Source: Candidatus Kaiserbacteria bacterium
GTDB lineage: Bacteria > Patescibacteriota > Minisyncoccia > Phycocordibacterales > UBA2100
Direction of reading: 5' to 3'
NCBI GenBank assembly: GCA_016217925.1
Contig: JACRFK010000009.1
Location: forward strand, 33,191 to 97,190
Length of the DNA stretch: 64,000 nucleotides
A program made the translations under genes and the position numbers. The notes beneath the pieces are model-generated. The model saw only the letters and a list, made by a program, of their open reading frames with translations, made no database searches and was not told the DNA's origin. Shown in pieces: positions 7,904-17,196 of this stretch (positions are counted from its first letter, which is position 1; each line of letters opens with the position of its first letter).

Positions 7904-10267
7904 ATGCGCATGACAACAAGAACCGCAAAGCACGTGGGCAGAGGGAGGGTCGCCGTCCTGCCGTCTCCGGACACCGCAGCGATGCGAGTGTACAAAAAAT
8001 ACCTATCCAACATACAAAAACGCGATGGACGCGTCGTACCTTTTGAATTTTCAAAGATGGTGAATGCCATACACAAGGCGATGCTCGCTTCGGGTGAAGG
8101 TTCGGAGGACGAAGCAGCAGTTGTCGCACACAAAGTTGCGGGTGAAATGATGCGCATCAGCAAGATATACAAAAATTTCCTCCCGACCGTCGAAGGTTGC
8201 CAAGATGAAGTCGAGCGACAGCTCATTCTTTCTGATTACGTGGGCGCTTCCAAGGCCTACATTTTGTACCGTGCAGAGAGAAGCAAGATCCGCAAAGAGC
8301 AGGGTGAGGTACCGGAGCATGTGCGCAAGCTCGCAGAGGAATCCAAAAAATATTTCAAGAATAATCCGCTCGGTGAGTTCGTCTATCTGCGCACCTATGC
8401 GCGCTGGATTGAAAGCGAGCAGCGTCGCGAGACGTGGATCGAGACCGTCGATCGGTATGTCGGATTCATGAAAGAAAATATCGGTGACAAACTCACCAAG
8501 CGCGAGTATGCAGAAGTGCGCGAAGCGATACTCTCGCAGGAAGTGATGCCGAGCATGCGCGCGATGCAATTTGCCGGCGGACCTGCACGCAAGTGCAATA
8601 CCTGTTTCTACAACTGTTCGTTCACCGCACCGGTCAAGCTCGAAGATTTCGCCGAAATAATGTATCTCTCAATGCAAGGATGCGGTGTCGGCTATGCGGT
8701 AGAGAGTCAGAATGTCCAACAGCTTCCTCAGATCGCAAAGCAGATGGGTGAAAAGATCGCTACACATATCGTTTCGGATACCAAGGAGGGTTGGTGTGAC
8801 GCGCTCACCCTCGGATTGCGCACGTGGTATGAGGGCAAGGACATCGATTTTGATTTCTCGATGATACGTCCCGCCGGTGCACGATTAAAGACCATGGGGG
8901 GCAAGGCGTCGGGTCCCGAACCACTGCGTTCACTTCTCGCATTCGCGCGCGAACGTATCCTGAAGCGCCAAGGACGACGCTTGCGCAACATCGATGCACA
9001 CGACATCATCTGCAAAATAGGTGAGTGTGTGGTCGCTGGTGGTGTGCGCCGCACGGCGATGATCTCGCTCTCGGACCTCGACGATGTGGAGATCCGCGAC
9101 GCTAAAAAAGGCCAGTTTTTCCTTACGGATCCGTACCGCTCGGTCGCCAACAACTCCGCTGTCTACGAGACAAAACCATCGAACGCAGAATTAATGGATG
9201 AGTGGGTGGCGCTCATGAAAAGTGGCACCGGCGAGCGCGGCATCTTCAACCGTGGAAGCCTAGAGAAGACCATGCCCGAGCGCCGCCTCAAGTATCTCCA
9301 GAAAAAGCACGGCAAGAAGAACGGATTTATCGGCCAGGTCGGCACCAATCCATGTGGTGAGATCATCCTCCAATCCAAAGAGTTCTGCAATCTCTCCGAA
9401 GTGATAGCGCGTGCCGGCGACACCGAATCGACGCTATTGCGCAAGGCAAGGCTCGCGACGCTTTTGGGCACCTATCAGTCGACGCTCACAAAGTTCAATT
9501 ACATCTCAAAAGAATGGACGGATAATTGCGAAGCGGAGCGTTTGCTCGGCGTTTCGATAACGGGGCAATGGGATTCTCCGGTCGTGCGCGATGCAAAAGT
9601 CATGCGCAAAATGCGCGCGGCGACTGTGAAGGCCAATCAGACGTACGCAAAGCGCTTCGGCATTCCCGCATCCCACTCGATTACCTGTGTGAAGCCCTCC
9701 GGCACCGTGTCACAGACGTTCGACTGTTCGTCAGGCATTCATCCGCGCCACTCACAGTATTACATTCGCCGCGTGCGCATCTCTGCTACCGACTCGCTCT
9801 TCAAGATGATGCGCGACCAGGGCGTTGTCGCATTCCCTGAAGTAGGGCAGAACGCGAATGAGGCGACGACCTTTGTCCTTGAATTCCCGGTCAAGGCACC
9901 GTCGGGCTCCGTGTTCAAAAATGACCTCTCCGCAATGCAGCAGCTCGAGTACTGGAAGATGGTGAAATTAAATTTCACCGAACACAATCCCTCGGCGACT
10001 ATTTCGGTAGGGGATGAGGAGTGGGTCGCGGTCGTCGCATGGATTTCCGACAACTGGGATATCATCGGCGGGCTTTCATTCTTGCCGCGCGAGAATCACG
10101 TGTATCGTCTCGCCCCATACGAAGCCATCGACAAGAAGACCTATGAACGCCTTGCTGCGAACTTCCCGAAGATAGACTACTCGAAGCTCATCATCTACGA
10201 ACGCACCGACGAGACCGACCAGAAAAAAGAATTGGCGTGCGTGGGCGGGACGTGCGAAATAATATAA
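7904..10267 (+). CDS. nrdJ: Class II (adenosylcobalamin) ribonucleotide reductase, RTPR-like, with N-terminal ATP cone
   Basis: ATP cone IQKRDGRVVPF, YNCSF, TNPCGEI, ITCVKPSGT, C-terminal CVGGTCE. Confidence 0.93.
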   Translation: MRMTTRTAKHVGRGRVAVLPSPDTAAMRVYKKYLSNIQKRDGRVVPFEFSKMVNAIHKAMLASGEGSEDEAAVVAHKVAGEMMRISKIYKNFLPTVEGCQDEVERQLILSDYVGASKAYILYRAERSKIRKEQGEVPEHVRKLAEESKKYFKNNPLGEFVYLRTYARWIESEQRRETWIETVDRYVGFMKENIGDKLTKREYAEVREAILSQEVMPSMRAMQFAGGPARKCNTCFYNCSFTAPVKLEDFAEIMYLSMQGCGVGYAVESQNVQQLPQIAKQMGEKIATHIVSDTKEGWCDALTLGLRTWYEGKDIDFDFSMIRPAGARLKTMGGKASGPEPLRSLLAFARERILKRQGRRLRNIDAHDIICKIGECVVAGGVRRTAMISLSDLDDVEIRDAKKGQFFLTDPYRSVANNSAVYETKPSNAELMDEWVALMKSGTGERGIFNRGSLEKTMPERRLKYLQKKHGKKNGFIGQVGTNPCGEIILQSKEFCNLSEVIARAGDTESTLLRKARLATLLGTYQSTLTKFNYISKEWTDNCEAERLLGVSITGQWDSPVVRDAKVMRKMRAATVKANQTYAKRFGIPASHSITCVKPSGTVSQTFDCSSGIHPRHSQYYIRRVRISATDSLFKMMRDQGVVAFPEVGQNANEATTFVLEFPVKAPSGSVFKNDLSAMQQLEYWKMVKLNFTEHNPSATISVGDEEWVAVVAWISDNWDIIGGLSFLPRENHVYRLAPYEAIDKKTYERLAANFPKIDYSKLIIYERTDETDQKKELACVGGTCEII

Positions 10268-10274
10268 AAGAAGC

Positions 10275-10322
10275 GCCCGACGAACCGAAGGTAGGCCGGG
10301 TTGGCTTCCTTGGTTGTCGGGC
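10275..10322. terminator. Long hairpin between convergent genes
   Basis: cgcccgacgaaccgaagg ... ccttggttgtcgggcg. Confidence 0.55.
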
Positions 10323-10324
10323 GA

Positions 10325-10789
10325 TTATCGCTTCCTCATTCGTTCCACGCGAATAATCTCTGCGATGAAAGACACCACCGTGGCTGCCAATGCCGCATTG
10401 AGAACCGGGGTGTTTTCGTCCTCTGACGTTTCTACGAGCTGGAACTGTCCGAAGTAGGTATCCAGCTGAAGTCGCACGACAGTCCTTTTTACCAGGCCCG
10501 CACGCACAAGGACTTCGCACGACGCCGTGAACTTTAGGTAGGGTTCGCCGACGTATGCGCCTATCGACGCTCCGTCGCAGCCGGTCTCCATCTCAGGGTA
10601 GAACGCTCGTTCATGACTAAGAAGGTTCCCGCTGCCGCCCCAAGCGAGCAGATCTTGGTCGTCCAAAAGAAAGCTGTGGACGGTACGGAGATCCACGACA
10701 TCCAGTTTTGGCACGGTCTGTGCTTCAGCTTGAGTGACAACAATGAGCATTGCCATCACTCTAAAAAGAACGTGTCGAATGGCTCTCAT
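10325..10789 (-). CDS. Hypothetical secreted protein
   Basis: ATG at 10789 preceded by gggagg; signal-like MAMLIVVTQAEA. The longer ORF call runs antisense through rnpB. Confidence 0.6.
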   Translation of the reverse strand: MRAIRHVLFRVMAMLIVVTQAEAQTVPKLDVVDLRTVHSFLLDDQDLLAWGGSGNLLSHERAFYPEMETGCDGASIGAYVGEPYLKFTASCEVLVRAGLVKRTVVRLQLDTYFGQFQLVETSEDENTPVLNAALAATVVSFIAEIIRVERMRKR

Positions 10790-10864
10790 TGATGCCTCCC
10801 TTTTTCGACGTGCCTGTAGCTTGCAACGATTTACACGAATACACAAGTTTGCTAGTATGTAATC

Positions 10865-11345
10865 CTGCATTAGGCAGCCGCTGTCCCGCCTTGGCGGGAT
10901 AGAGGAAAGTCCGGACACAGACCGGCCCTTTCTTCGGAAAGAGCTGGTAGCAGGGTAGCGGCCCCGACGTTTCGGCAAAGCCGAAAGTGCGGGGCTCCGA
11001 CCTCGAAAGAGCGTCGGAGGTAACGCCCGTCCGCCGCGAGGCGAGAGATGCGAACAGTGACGGTTTTTCGCGAAAGTGAAAAACCGCCCTCCGAAGCCCA
11101 GAATTTTTTGGGCGTAGAAGGGCGAGCTTGGGCAATAAGCATGAGGTCCTTCTTCGCGTAAAGCTTCGAAGGACACCTCTCGCTGAAGGCTCGAGGTGCA
11201 ACGGCAAAATTCTTACTTCTGTGCAAGACCGTGTCCCGCCCTTTCTTGAAGCTTAGGAAAGAGCGGGAAGAGTCGCTTGAGGTGAATGGCGACATTCATC
11301 CCAGATACATGGCTGCCCACGACAGAATCCGGCTCATCGATGCAG
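10865..11345 (+). ncRNA. rnpB: RNase P RNA, enlarged by extra hairpins
   Basis: gaggaaagtccgga (10902-10915), acagaatccggc (11322-11333), P1 ctgcat/atgcag, P2 ggcagcc/ggctgcc. Confidence 0.93.
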
Positions 11346-11350
11346 TGCAC

Positions 11351-11372
11351 AACCCGCCTCACGGCGGGTTTT
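11351..11372 (+). terminator. Intrinsic terminator after rnpB
   Basis: aacccgcc-tcac-ggcgggtt followed by tt. Confidence 0.8.
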
Positions 11373-11463
11373 GCAATATGTGATACCATTTCGCCATGAG
11401 AAGTAAGGGCTTATTCGACAGGATGGCAGGACAGCAGGCCGCAGTGCCCACAAAGTAAGACAT

Positions 11464-13164
11464 ATGATGAACAGGGCTCTCAGGTTCCTTTCATACGAGG
11501 TGCGCGGGCTTCACACGGCCGTCTACGTGATAGCGCTCTCATCGCTCCTTTCGTCGCTGTTGGCGCTCTTGCGCGACCGGCTCCTTGCGCACGAATTTGG
11601 AGCATCCACGACCCTCGACATTTACTACGCGGCCTTCCGTATCCCGGACCTCATTTTCGTAGGGGCCGGCGCGCTTGTGTCCGTTTACATTCTTATACCA
11701 GAGCTTACGCGCAGGGGAAGCGATGAGCAGCGTGAGTACGTCGATACCGTGCTCATCGGGTTCTCGCTCATCGCGGTCGTTGTATCTGTGATCGCGGCAC
11801 TTTTTGCGCCCGCCATTCTCGCGACACTATTCCCCGAAATTGCCGCTGCGGGACACCTCACGGCACTTGTGACATTGACGCGCCTCATGCTGTTGCAGCC
11901 GATATTTCTCGGACTCTCGAATATTTTTGGGGCAATAACCCAGATACGTCAACGCTATGCGCTCTACGCACTTTCACCACTTCTCTACAACGTGGGGATC
12001 ATCTGTGGCGTTCTTGTTTTTTATCCAATGTGGGGGCTCACGGGGCTCGCGCTCGGTGTCGTCTTCGGAGCGTTCATGCATGTTGGCATCCAGCTTCCTT
12101 CGGTATTTGCCGATGGATTCTTCCACGCGGTACCGACAAGATTCAAGGGACAGGCATTTTTGCAAACCGTCCTCATCTCTGTACCGCGAGCTCTCGCGCT
12201 TTCTATGAATCAAGTATCGTTCATAGGACTTACTGTACTCGCCGGCATGCTTGTACCGGGATCGATCGCGGTGTTCATGTTCGCATTCAATCTTCAGGCC
12301 GTACCGGTCGCGATCATCGGAGCTTCGTACTCCGTTGCTGCATTCCCGATCCTCGCCGCGGCGCTTTCACGCGGTGACCGTTCATTTTTCATCGAGCATA
12401 TCGCAAACGCGGCCCGACTTGTCGTATTTTGGTCGCTCCCCGCTACGGCGCTCATCATCGTATTGCGCGCACACATCGTGCGCGTCGTATTGGGGTCCGG
12501 TGCGTTCGATTGGACAGATACGCGGCTCACCGCAGCTGTTCTCGGGCTCCTAGCGCTCTCGCTTACTGCTCAGGGGATCACATTTCTTCTTGTGCGCGGG
12601 TATTATGCGGCGGGGCGTACGTTTGCTCCGTTCTTTGTTGCTCTGGGAAGTGCGCTCGCGACGGTCGCACTCGGCGCCCTTCTCCTGGGCGTATTTCAAA
12701 ATACATTCGTCCTCGAGCTCGCACAAGGCCTCCTGCGGGTCGTTGGCGTGCCGGGGAGTACCATTTTGGCGCTCGCATTCGCATCGGCGAGTATCTCGAT
12801 ACTGAGTACCATCGTACTTGTCGCCCATTTTGAGCATCGCTTCACCGGATTTCTTTCCCGTGTATGGCGTGCGTGGGTGCAAAGTGCGCTGGCTGCGCTC
12901 GGTGCAGGATGTGGTGCCTACGGCGTTCTCGTGGCGATAGGCCCCATCACGCTCTTCTCGACGACCGCATCAATATTCGTACGCGGCTTTGCGGCCGGGG
13001 TATTTGGGATTATAGTCGCTGGACTCGTGTATGCCCTCTTGAGGAGTCGCGAATTCGCGGAAATCGTCGACGTCATTCGCGGGCGGCTTGGAGGCATAAT
13101 CACTCCCATCCCGCAAAGTGCCGTCGTTTCCTCCGAAGAAAGTAGCCCGATCACCTTGCAGTAA
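11464..13164 (+). CDS. murJ: Lipid II flippase MurJ (MviN)
   Basis: LLRDRLLAHEFGA, LDIYYAAFRIPD, PLLYNVGII; about 14 TM segments. Confidence 0.92.
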   Translation: MMNRALRFLSYEVRGLHTAVYVIALSSLLSSLLALLRDRLLAHEFGASTTLDIYYAAFRIPDLIFVGAGALVSVYILIPELTRRGSDEQREYVDTVLIGFSLIAVVVSVIAALFAPAILATLFPEIAAAGHLTALVTLTRLMLLQPIFLGLSNIFGAITQIRQRYALYALSPLLYNVGIICGVLVFYPMWGLTGLALGVVFGAFMHVGIQLPSVFADGFFHAVPTRFKGQAFLQTVLISVPRALALSMNQVSFIGLTVLAGMLVPGSIAVFMFAFNLQAVPVAIIGASYSVAAFPILAAALSRGDRSFFIEHIANAARLVVFWSLPATALIIVLRAHIVRVVLGSGAFDWTDTRLTAAVLGLLALSLTAQGITFLLVRGYYAAGRTFAPFFVALGSALATVALGALLLGVFQNTFVLELAQGLLRVVGVPGSTILALAFASASISILSTIVLVAHFEHRFTGFLSRVWRAWVQSALAALGAGCGAYGVLVAIGPITLFSTTASIFVRGFAAGVFGIIVAGLVYALLRSREFAEIVDVIRGRLGGIITPIPQSAVVSSEESSPITLQ

Positions 13165-13194
13165 CCTTCTCTCAAGAAACAGAACCAAAGACCT

Positions 13195-14979
13195 ATGGCA
13201 TCACATATACGTAATTTTTCTATCATTGCACACATTGACCATGGGAAGTCGACGCTCGCGGACCGCATGCTCGAACTGACCGGCACGATTGAGCCGCGGC
13301 GAATGCAAGAGCAGGTCTTGGACAAAATGGATTTGGAGCGTGAACGCGGCATCACTATCAAGATGGCCCCGGTCCGCATGGAGTGGAAAAAAGGCGGCGT
13401 TCCGTACGTTCTCAATCTTATTGATACCCCGGGCCATGTCGATTTCTCGTATGAAGTCTCGCGCGCGCTCACGGCCGTCGAGGGCGTGATACTCCTCGTG
13501 GATGCGACGCAAGGGGTCGAGGCGCAGACGCTCTCAGTACTTGCGGTCGCAAAAAAACTTAACCGCGTCATCATTCCGGTAGTTTCAAAGATCGATGCGC
13601 CACACGCGAGGAGGGCGGAGATTACGACGGAACTGGCGACGCTTCTTCACGTCGAGGAGTCACAGGTCTTGGGTTGCTCAGGGAGGACGGGAGAAGGAGT
13701 GGCGGCACTTCTTGATGCGGTCGTGGACCGTGTACCACCGCCGGATACGCAGGTGAGTGGTGCACAGGGACTCATCTTCGATTTCGGCTATTCCGACCAC
13801 CGGGGCATCATTGTGTACCTTCGAATCTTCGGCGGTCAGTTCAAAAAAGGTGATTATCTGCGCTTTGTTGCGGCACAGGCGGATTTCATTGCGCTTGAAG
13901 TTGGCGTACTCAAGCCGGGCGAGACACCCCGTGAATCTTTGGGATCCGGCGAGATCGGATACATCGTGACAGGAATAAAAAAGCCGGGAATCGCATCGGT
14001 CGGCGACACCATCACACAGAGCAGGAGACCGGCGGAGGCTCTCCACGGCTACCTCGCTCCGACTCCTGTCATTTGGGCGAGCGTCTATCCCGCGAGCCAA
14101 GACGACCTCACTATGTTGCGTCAATCGCTCGACAAACTTAAGTTGTCGGATTCCTCGCTATCGTACGAGGAGGAGTCTTCCGGCGTCATGGGGAGGGGAT
14201 TCCGCTGCGGTTTTTTGGGAATGTTGCATCTTGAAATAATCGTCGAGCGTTTACGGCGCGAATTCAACATGGAGCTGGTCGTTACCCAGCCGACGACCGT
14301 CTACGAGATCACACGGACGGACGGCACCGTTGAAGAAATATATTCTCCGGCCAAATTTCCGGACGACGGCACGGTGAAAGGTGTGCGAGAGAAGTGGGCG
14401 AGCGTAACGATATTGACTCCACCTGCCTATATCGGCGGAATCTCACAGCTCTTGTACGACCATGAGGCGGAAGTAGGGAACACAGAAACGTTGCCAGACG
14501 GAAAAGTAGAACTTCACGCCCTGATGCCGCTACGGGAGCTGATGCGGGGATTTTTTGATCGCCTGAAAAGCACTTCATCGGGTTTTGCATCGCTCTCATA
14601 CGAGATACTCGGTCTTCGCGAAGCACACGTGGTGCGCTTGGATGTGTTGGTCGCCGAAGAGGCGGTGCCGGCATTTTCGCGCATTGTTTCGGAGAGGCGC
14701 ATCAATCTGGAAGCCGAGGCGATGGTTGAGCGATTAGAGAAACTTCTTCCTCGGCAAATGTTCGAGCTCAAGATCCAGGCGAAAACCGGTGGCCGCATCA
14801 TCGCTTCACGCCGCAAATCGGCCCTAAAGAAGGACGTTACGCAGCACATGTACGGCGGCGACATCACGCGCAAGATGAAACTTCGTGAGAAACAAAAGAA
14901 AGGCAAGAAAAAGATGCTAGCAAGGGGAAAAGTCGATATACCCCATGACGTTTTCCTAAAGGTTGTTCGTGATTCATAA
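13195..14979 (+). CDS. lepA: Elongation factor 4 (LepA)
   Basis: IRNFSIIAHIDHGKSTLADR, DTPGHVDF, GFRCGFLGMLH, YGGDITRKMKL. Confidence 0.98.
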   Translation: MASHIRNFSIIAHIDHGKSTLADRMLELTGTIEPRRMQEQVLDKMDLERERGITIKMAPVRMEWKKGGVPYVLNLIDTPGHVDFSYEVSRALTAVEGVILLVDATQGVEAQTLSVLAVAKKLNRVIIPVVSKIDAPHARRAEITTELATLLHVEESQVLGCSGRTGEGVAALLDAVVDRVPPPDTQVSGAQGLIFDFGYSDHRGIIVYLRIFGGQFKKGDYLRFVAAQADFIALEVGVLKPGETPRESLGSGEIGYIVTGIKKPGIASVGDTITQSRRPAEALHGYLAPTPVIWASVYPASQDDLTMLRQSLDKLKLSDSSLSYEEESSGVMGRGFRCGFLGMLHLEIIVERLRREFNMELVVTQPTTVYEITRTDGTVEEIYSPAKFPDDGTVKGVREKWASVTILTPPAYIGGISQLLYDHEAEVGNTETLPDGKVELHALMPLRELMRGFFDRLKSTSSGFASLSYEILGLREAHVVRLDVLVAEEAVPAFSRIVSERRINLEAEAMVERLEKLLPRQMFELKIQAKTGGRIIASRRKSALKKDVTQHMYGGDITRKMKLREKQKKGKKKMLARGKVDIPHDVFLKVVRDS

Positions 14980-15057
14980 CCGCACGATGCCTGCCCCGTA
15001 GCCAACGCAAGGCGTTGTGCTACTGGGGTGTTCTTAAAGGTGGTCCGTGAGAGCTAG
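14980..15057 (+). pseudogene. Second, interrupted copy of the lepA 3' end
   Basis: Translates PHD[ACPVANARRCATG]VFLKVVRES* versus PHDVFLKVVRDS* in lepA; the insert at 14990-15028 is a hairpin. Confidence 0.85.
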
Positions 15058-15060
15058 GTT

Positions 15061-15195
15061 CTAGAACAAGCCCGCAAACCATTCAGGAAGCCCCGGAGCG
15101 AAGAAAAGAACCATACTGAGTATGATAAGTATGGCCATACCACCCCATATAAATTTGAGGATTTTCTTGGTCCGTTTGTGAAAAAGGAAACTCAT
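15061..15195 (-). CDS. Small single-TM protein (44 aa)
   Basis: MSFLFHKRTKKILKFIWGGMAILIILSMVLFFAPG...; TATACT 6 nt before ATG. Confidence 0.65.
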   Translation of the reverse strand: MSFLFHKRTKKILKFIWGGMAILIILSMVLFFAPGLPEWFAGLF

Positions 15196-15223
15196 GCGAA
15201 GAGTATAGTGGTACGATAGACAT

Positions 15224-15595
15224 ATGGCAATACGTTCGCGCAATGACCCTGTGCGCCTTTTCGGAAGGCGGCTTCTTCTGTTGGCGCTCCTGGGAGTCAT
15301 TGTCGTTGCCGCACTCGGGGCCTGGAATGCATACGGGAAGGAGCGGGAGTCGCGCGCCCTGCGCGAGCAGGCCGAAATGCAGCTCAGCGACCTCTCAAAG
15401 CGGCAGGCGCAATTGGAGAGCGATATCGCCAATCTTGAGACTGACCGAGGCAAGGAACAGGTATTGCGCGAACAGTACGCGCTCGCGGCGCGCGGCGAAG
15501 GACTCATCGTAATCGTCGACGCCCCGAAAGCGACGCCAACCCAAGCGACCTCTTCAGTCCTAGAATGGTTACGCAAGGCGCTGCCGTGGTGGTGA
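15224..15595 (+). CDS. Septum formation initiator (FtsB/DivIC-like)
   Basis: TM followed by coiled coil, LETDRGKEQVLREQYALAARGE. Confidence 0.8.
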   Translation: MAIRSRNDPVRLFGRRLLLLALLGVIVVAALGAWNAYGKERESRALREQAEMQLSDLSKRQAQLESDIANLETDRGKEQVLREQYALAARGEGLIVIVDAPKATPTQATSSVLEWLRKALPWW

Positions 15596-15598
15596 TTG

Positions 15599-15669
15599 TG
15601 CGGGTACGGAGAATCGAACTCCGATCTAATGCTTGGGAAGCATTCGTTCTACCACTAAACTATACCCGC
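15599..15669 (-). tRNA. tRNA-Gly(CCC)
   Basis: Reverse complement gcgggtatagtttagtggtagaacgaatgcttCCCaagcattagatcggagttcgattctccgtacccgca. Confidence 0.95.
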
Positions 15670-15726
15670 CTTCGCTGAAGCTTCGGCGGACAGGCCCGCT
15701 TGGCTAAGCAAAAGCATTGTAACGCA

Positions 15727-16056
15727 CTACAGGTATTTTTTCCCGTATGCGCGCATGGCGGCGGCGACACGCTCGAATGCGGCGCCTTTTTTGGTGAGCC
15801 GGTAGACTATTTTGTTGCCGAGGCGGAAATCAGGGTGGCGCGAGACGATGCCGCACTTCTCGAGCTTCTTGAGCTTGAGCGTGAGGGTACGCGATGAGAC
15901 ACCCGCGAGCGCAAGCTGCAGGTCGGTAAATCGCCGCGGCTTTTCGAGGAGGTCGCGCAAGACGATGAGACTGACCGAATCGCCGACAAGGTCGGCGACC
16001 TTGGCAAGAGGGCAAGAACGGCACAAAACCATACGCTGATGCGATGTCCGCAACAT
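15727..16056 (-). CDS. HxlR-family winged-helix regulator
   Basis: CPLAKVADLVGD, RRFTDLQ, GVSSRTLT, YRLTKKG. Confidence 0.92.
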   Translation of the reverse strand: MLRTSHQRMVLCRSCPLAKVADLVGDSVSLIVLRDLLEKPRRFTDLQLALAGVSSRTLTLKLKKLEKCGIVSRHPDFRLGNKIVYRLTKKGAAFERVAAAMRAYGKKYL

Positions 16057-16076
16057 GCCCTCATGGTAGCACAGAC

Positions 16077-16148
16077 TTATCCACTTTACAAAGTAAAGTG
16101 GATAAACTATGATGAACCCTCGCTTATCACTTTACAAAGTAAACTAAC
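16077..16148. promoter_or_regulatory. Probable HxlR-type operator pair between divergent genes
   Basis: Perfect palindrome ttatccactttac-aaa-gtaaagtggataa (16077-16105) and a second cactttacaaagtaaa copy at 16128-16143. Confidence 0.7.
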
Positions 16149-16158
16149 GATACTGTCT

Positions 16159-16776
16159 ATGGACTACACGAAGCTCGCATCGCAAGGATCCGTCGAGAAG
16201 ACCGCAGAGGCGCTCAAAAAACGCGGATTCATCCCCGTCGTCGTCGAAAACGCGAAGGAAGCATTTGACACTATTAAAAAGCTGATACCGCAGGGTGCTT
16301 CAGTCATGAACGGGTCGTCGGTCACGCTCGAAGAGATCGGATTCGTCGATCACCTGAAATCGGGCGCGCACGGGTGGAACAACCTGCACGAAGCGGTGTT
16401 GAAAGAGGGGGACAAGGAAAAGAGAGCGCACCTGCGCAAGCATTCCGTCGTTTCCGATTATTACCTCGGAAGCGTACACGCGGTTACCGAGGGCGGTGAG
16501 CTCATCATCGCGTCGAACACCGGAAGCCAGTTACCGCACCTCGCCTATACCTCGCCGAATCTTATCCTCGTCGTAAGCACGCAAAAAATCGTGCCAGACC
16601 TCGATGCGGCGTTCGAACGTCTTGAAAAGCATGTTATCCCGCTGGAGGACGAACATATGAAAAAGCTCTATGGCATGGGCACGCAGCACAACAAAACCAC
16701 GATACTTCACGGCGAAAGCTCCTCGACGAAACGTGCTGCGACCGTCATTCTGGTCAAAGAAAAGTTAGGATTTTAG
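16159..16776 (+). CDS. LUD (LutC/YkgG) domain protein
   Basis: GSSVTLEEIG, YYLGSVHAVTEGG, ASNTGSQ, QKIVPDL. Confidence 0.85.
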   Translation: MDYTKLASQGSVEKTAEALKKRGFIPVVVENAKEAFDTIKKLIPQGASVMNGSSVTLEEIGFVDHLKSGAHGWNNLHEAVLKEGDKEKRAHLRKHSVVSDYYLGSVHAVTEGGELIIASNTGSQLPHLAYTSPNLILVVSTQKIVPDLDAAFERLEKHVIPLEDEHMKKLYGMGTQHNKTTILHGESSSTKRAATVILVKEKLGF

Positions 16777-16828
16777 AGGCGGGCGATCAATGCTACAATT
16801 ACTGTACTTAAGAAATAATCTACGACCT

Positions 16829-17071
16829 ATGGCCACCAAACCTCAAGTCACTATTTACTCGACACCGACCTGCCACTTCTGTCACGCCGCAAAGGAGTTC
16901 TTCACGGCGAATAGTGTCGCATTCACCGACTACAACGTCGGCAGCGATCTCGCAAAACGCAAAGAAATGATAGAAAAGAGCGGACAAATGGGTGTACCCG
17001 TAATCACTGTGGGCAGTGACCTCGTCGTCGGCTTCGACGAATCGAAATTGCGCGAACTTCTCGCGATCTAA
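16829..17071 (+). CDS. Glutaredoxin / NrdH-like redoxin
   Basis: YSTPTCHFC, SGQMGVPVI, VGFD. Confidence 0.92.
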   Translation: MATKPQVTIYSTPTCHFCHAAKEFFTANSVAFTDYNVGSDLAKRKEMIEKSGQMGVPVITVGSDLVVGFDESKLRELLAI

Positions 17072-17106
17072 TTTTCCGAAGCAAGGTTCGTGCTAAAGTT
17101 TACGCA

Positions 17107-17178
17107 CCCCTCGTAGCTCAACGGATAGAGCAATCCCGTCCTAAGGGAGAGATGTGGGTTCGACTCCTGCCGAGGGGA
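17107..17178 (+). tRNA. tRNA-Arg(CCT)
   Basis: Acceptor cccctcg/cgagggg, loop gtCCTaa, ggttcgact T-arm. Confidence 0.9.
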
Positions 17179-17196
17179 TAGGGTATACTTGTTTGC

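Noticed and set aside
10790-11295. ORFs antisense to rnpB
   Set aside because: They are shadows of a GC-rich structured RNA with no protein motifs.
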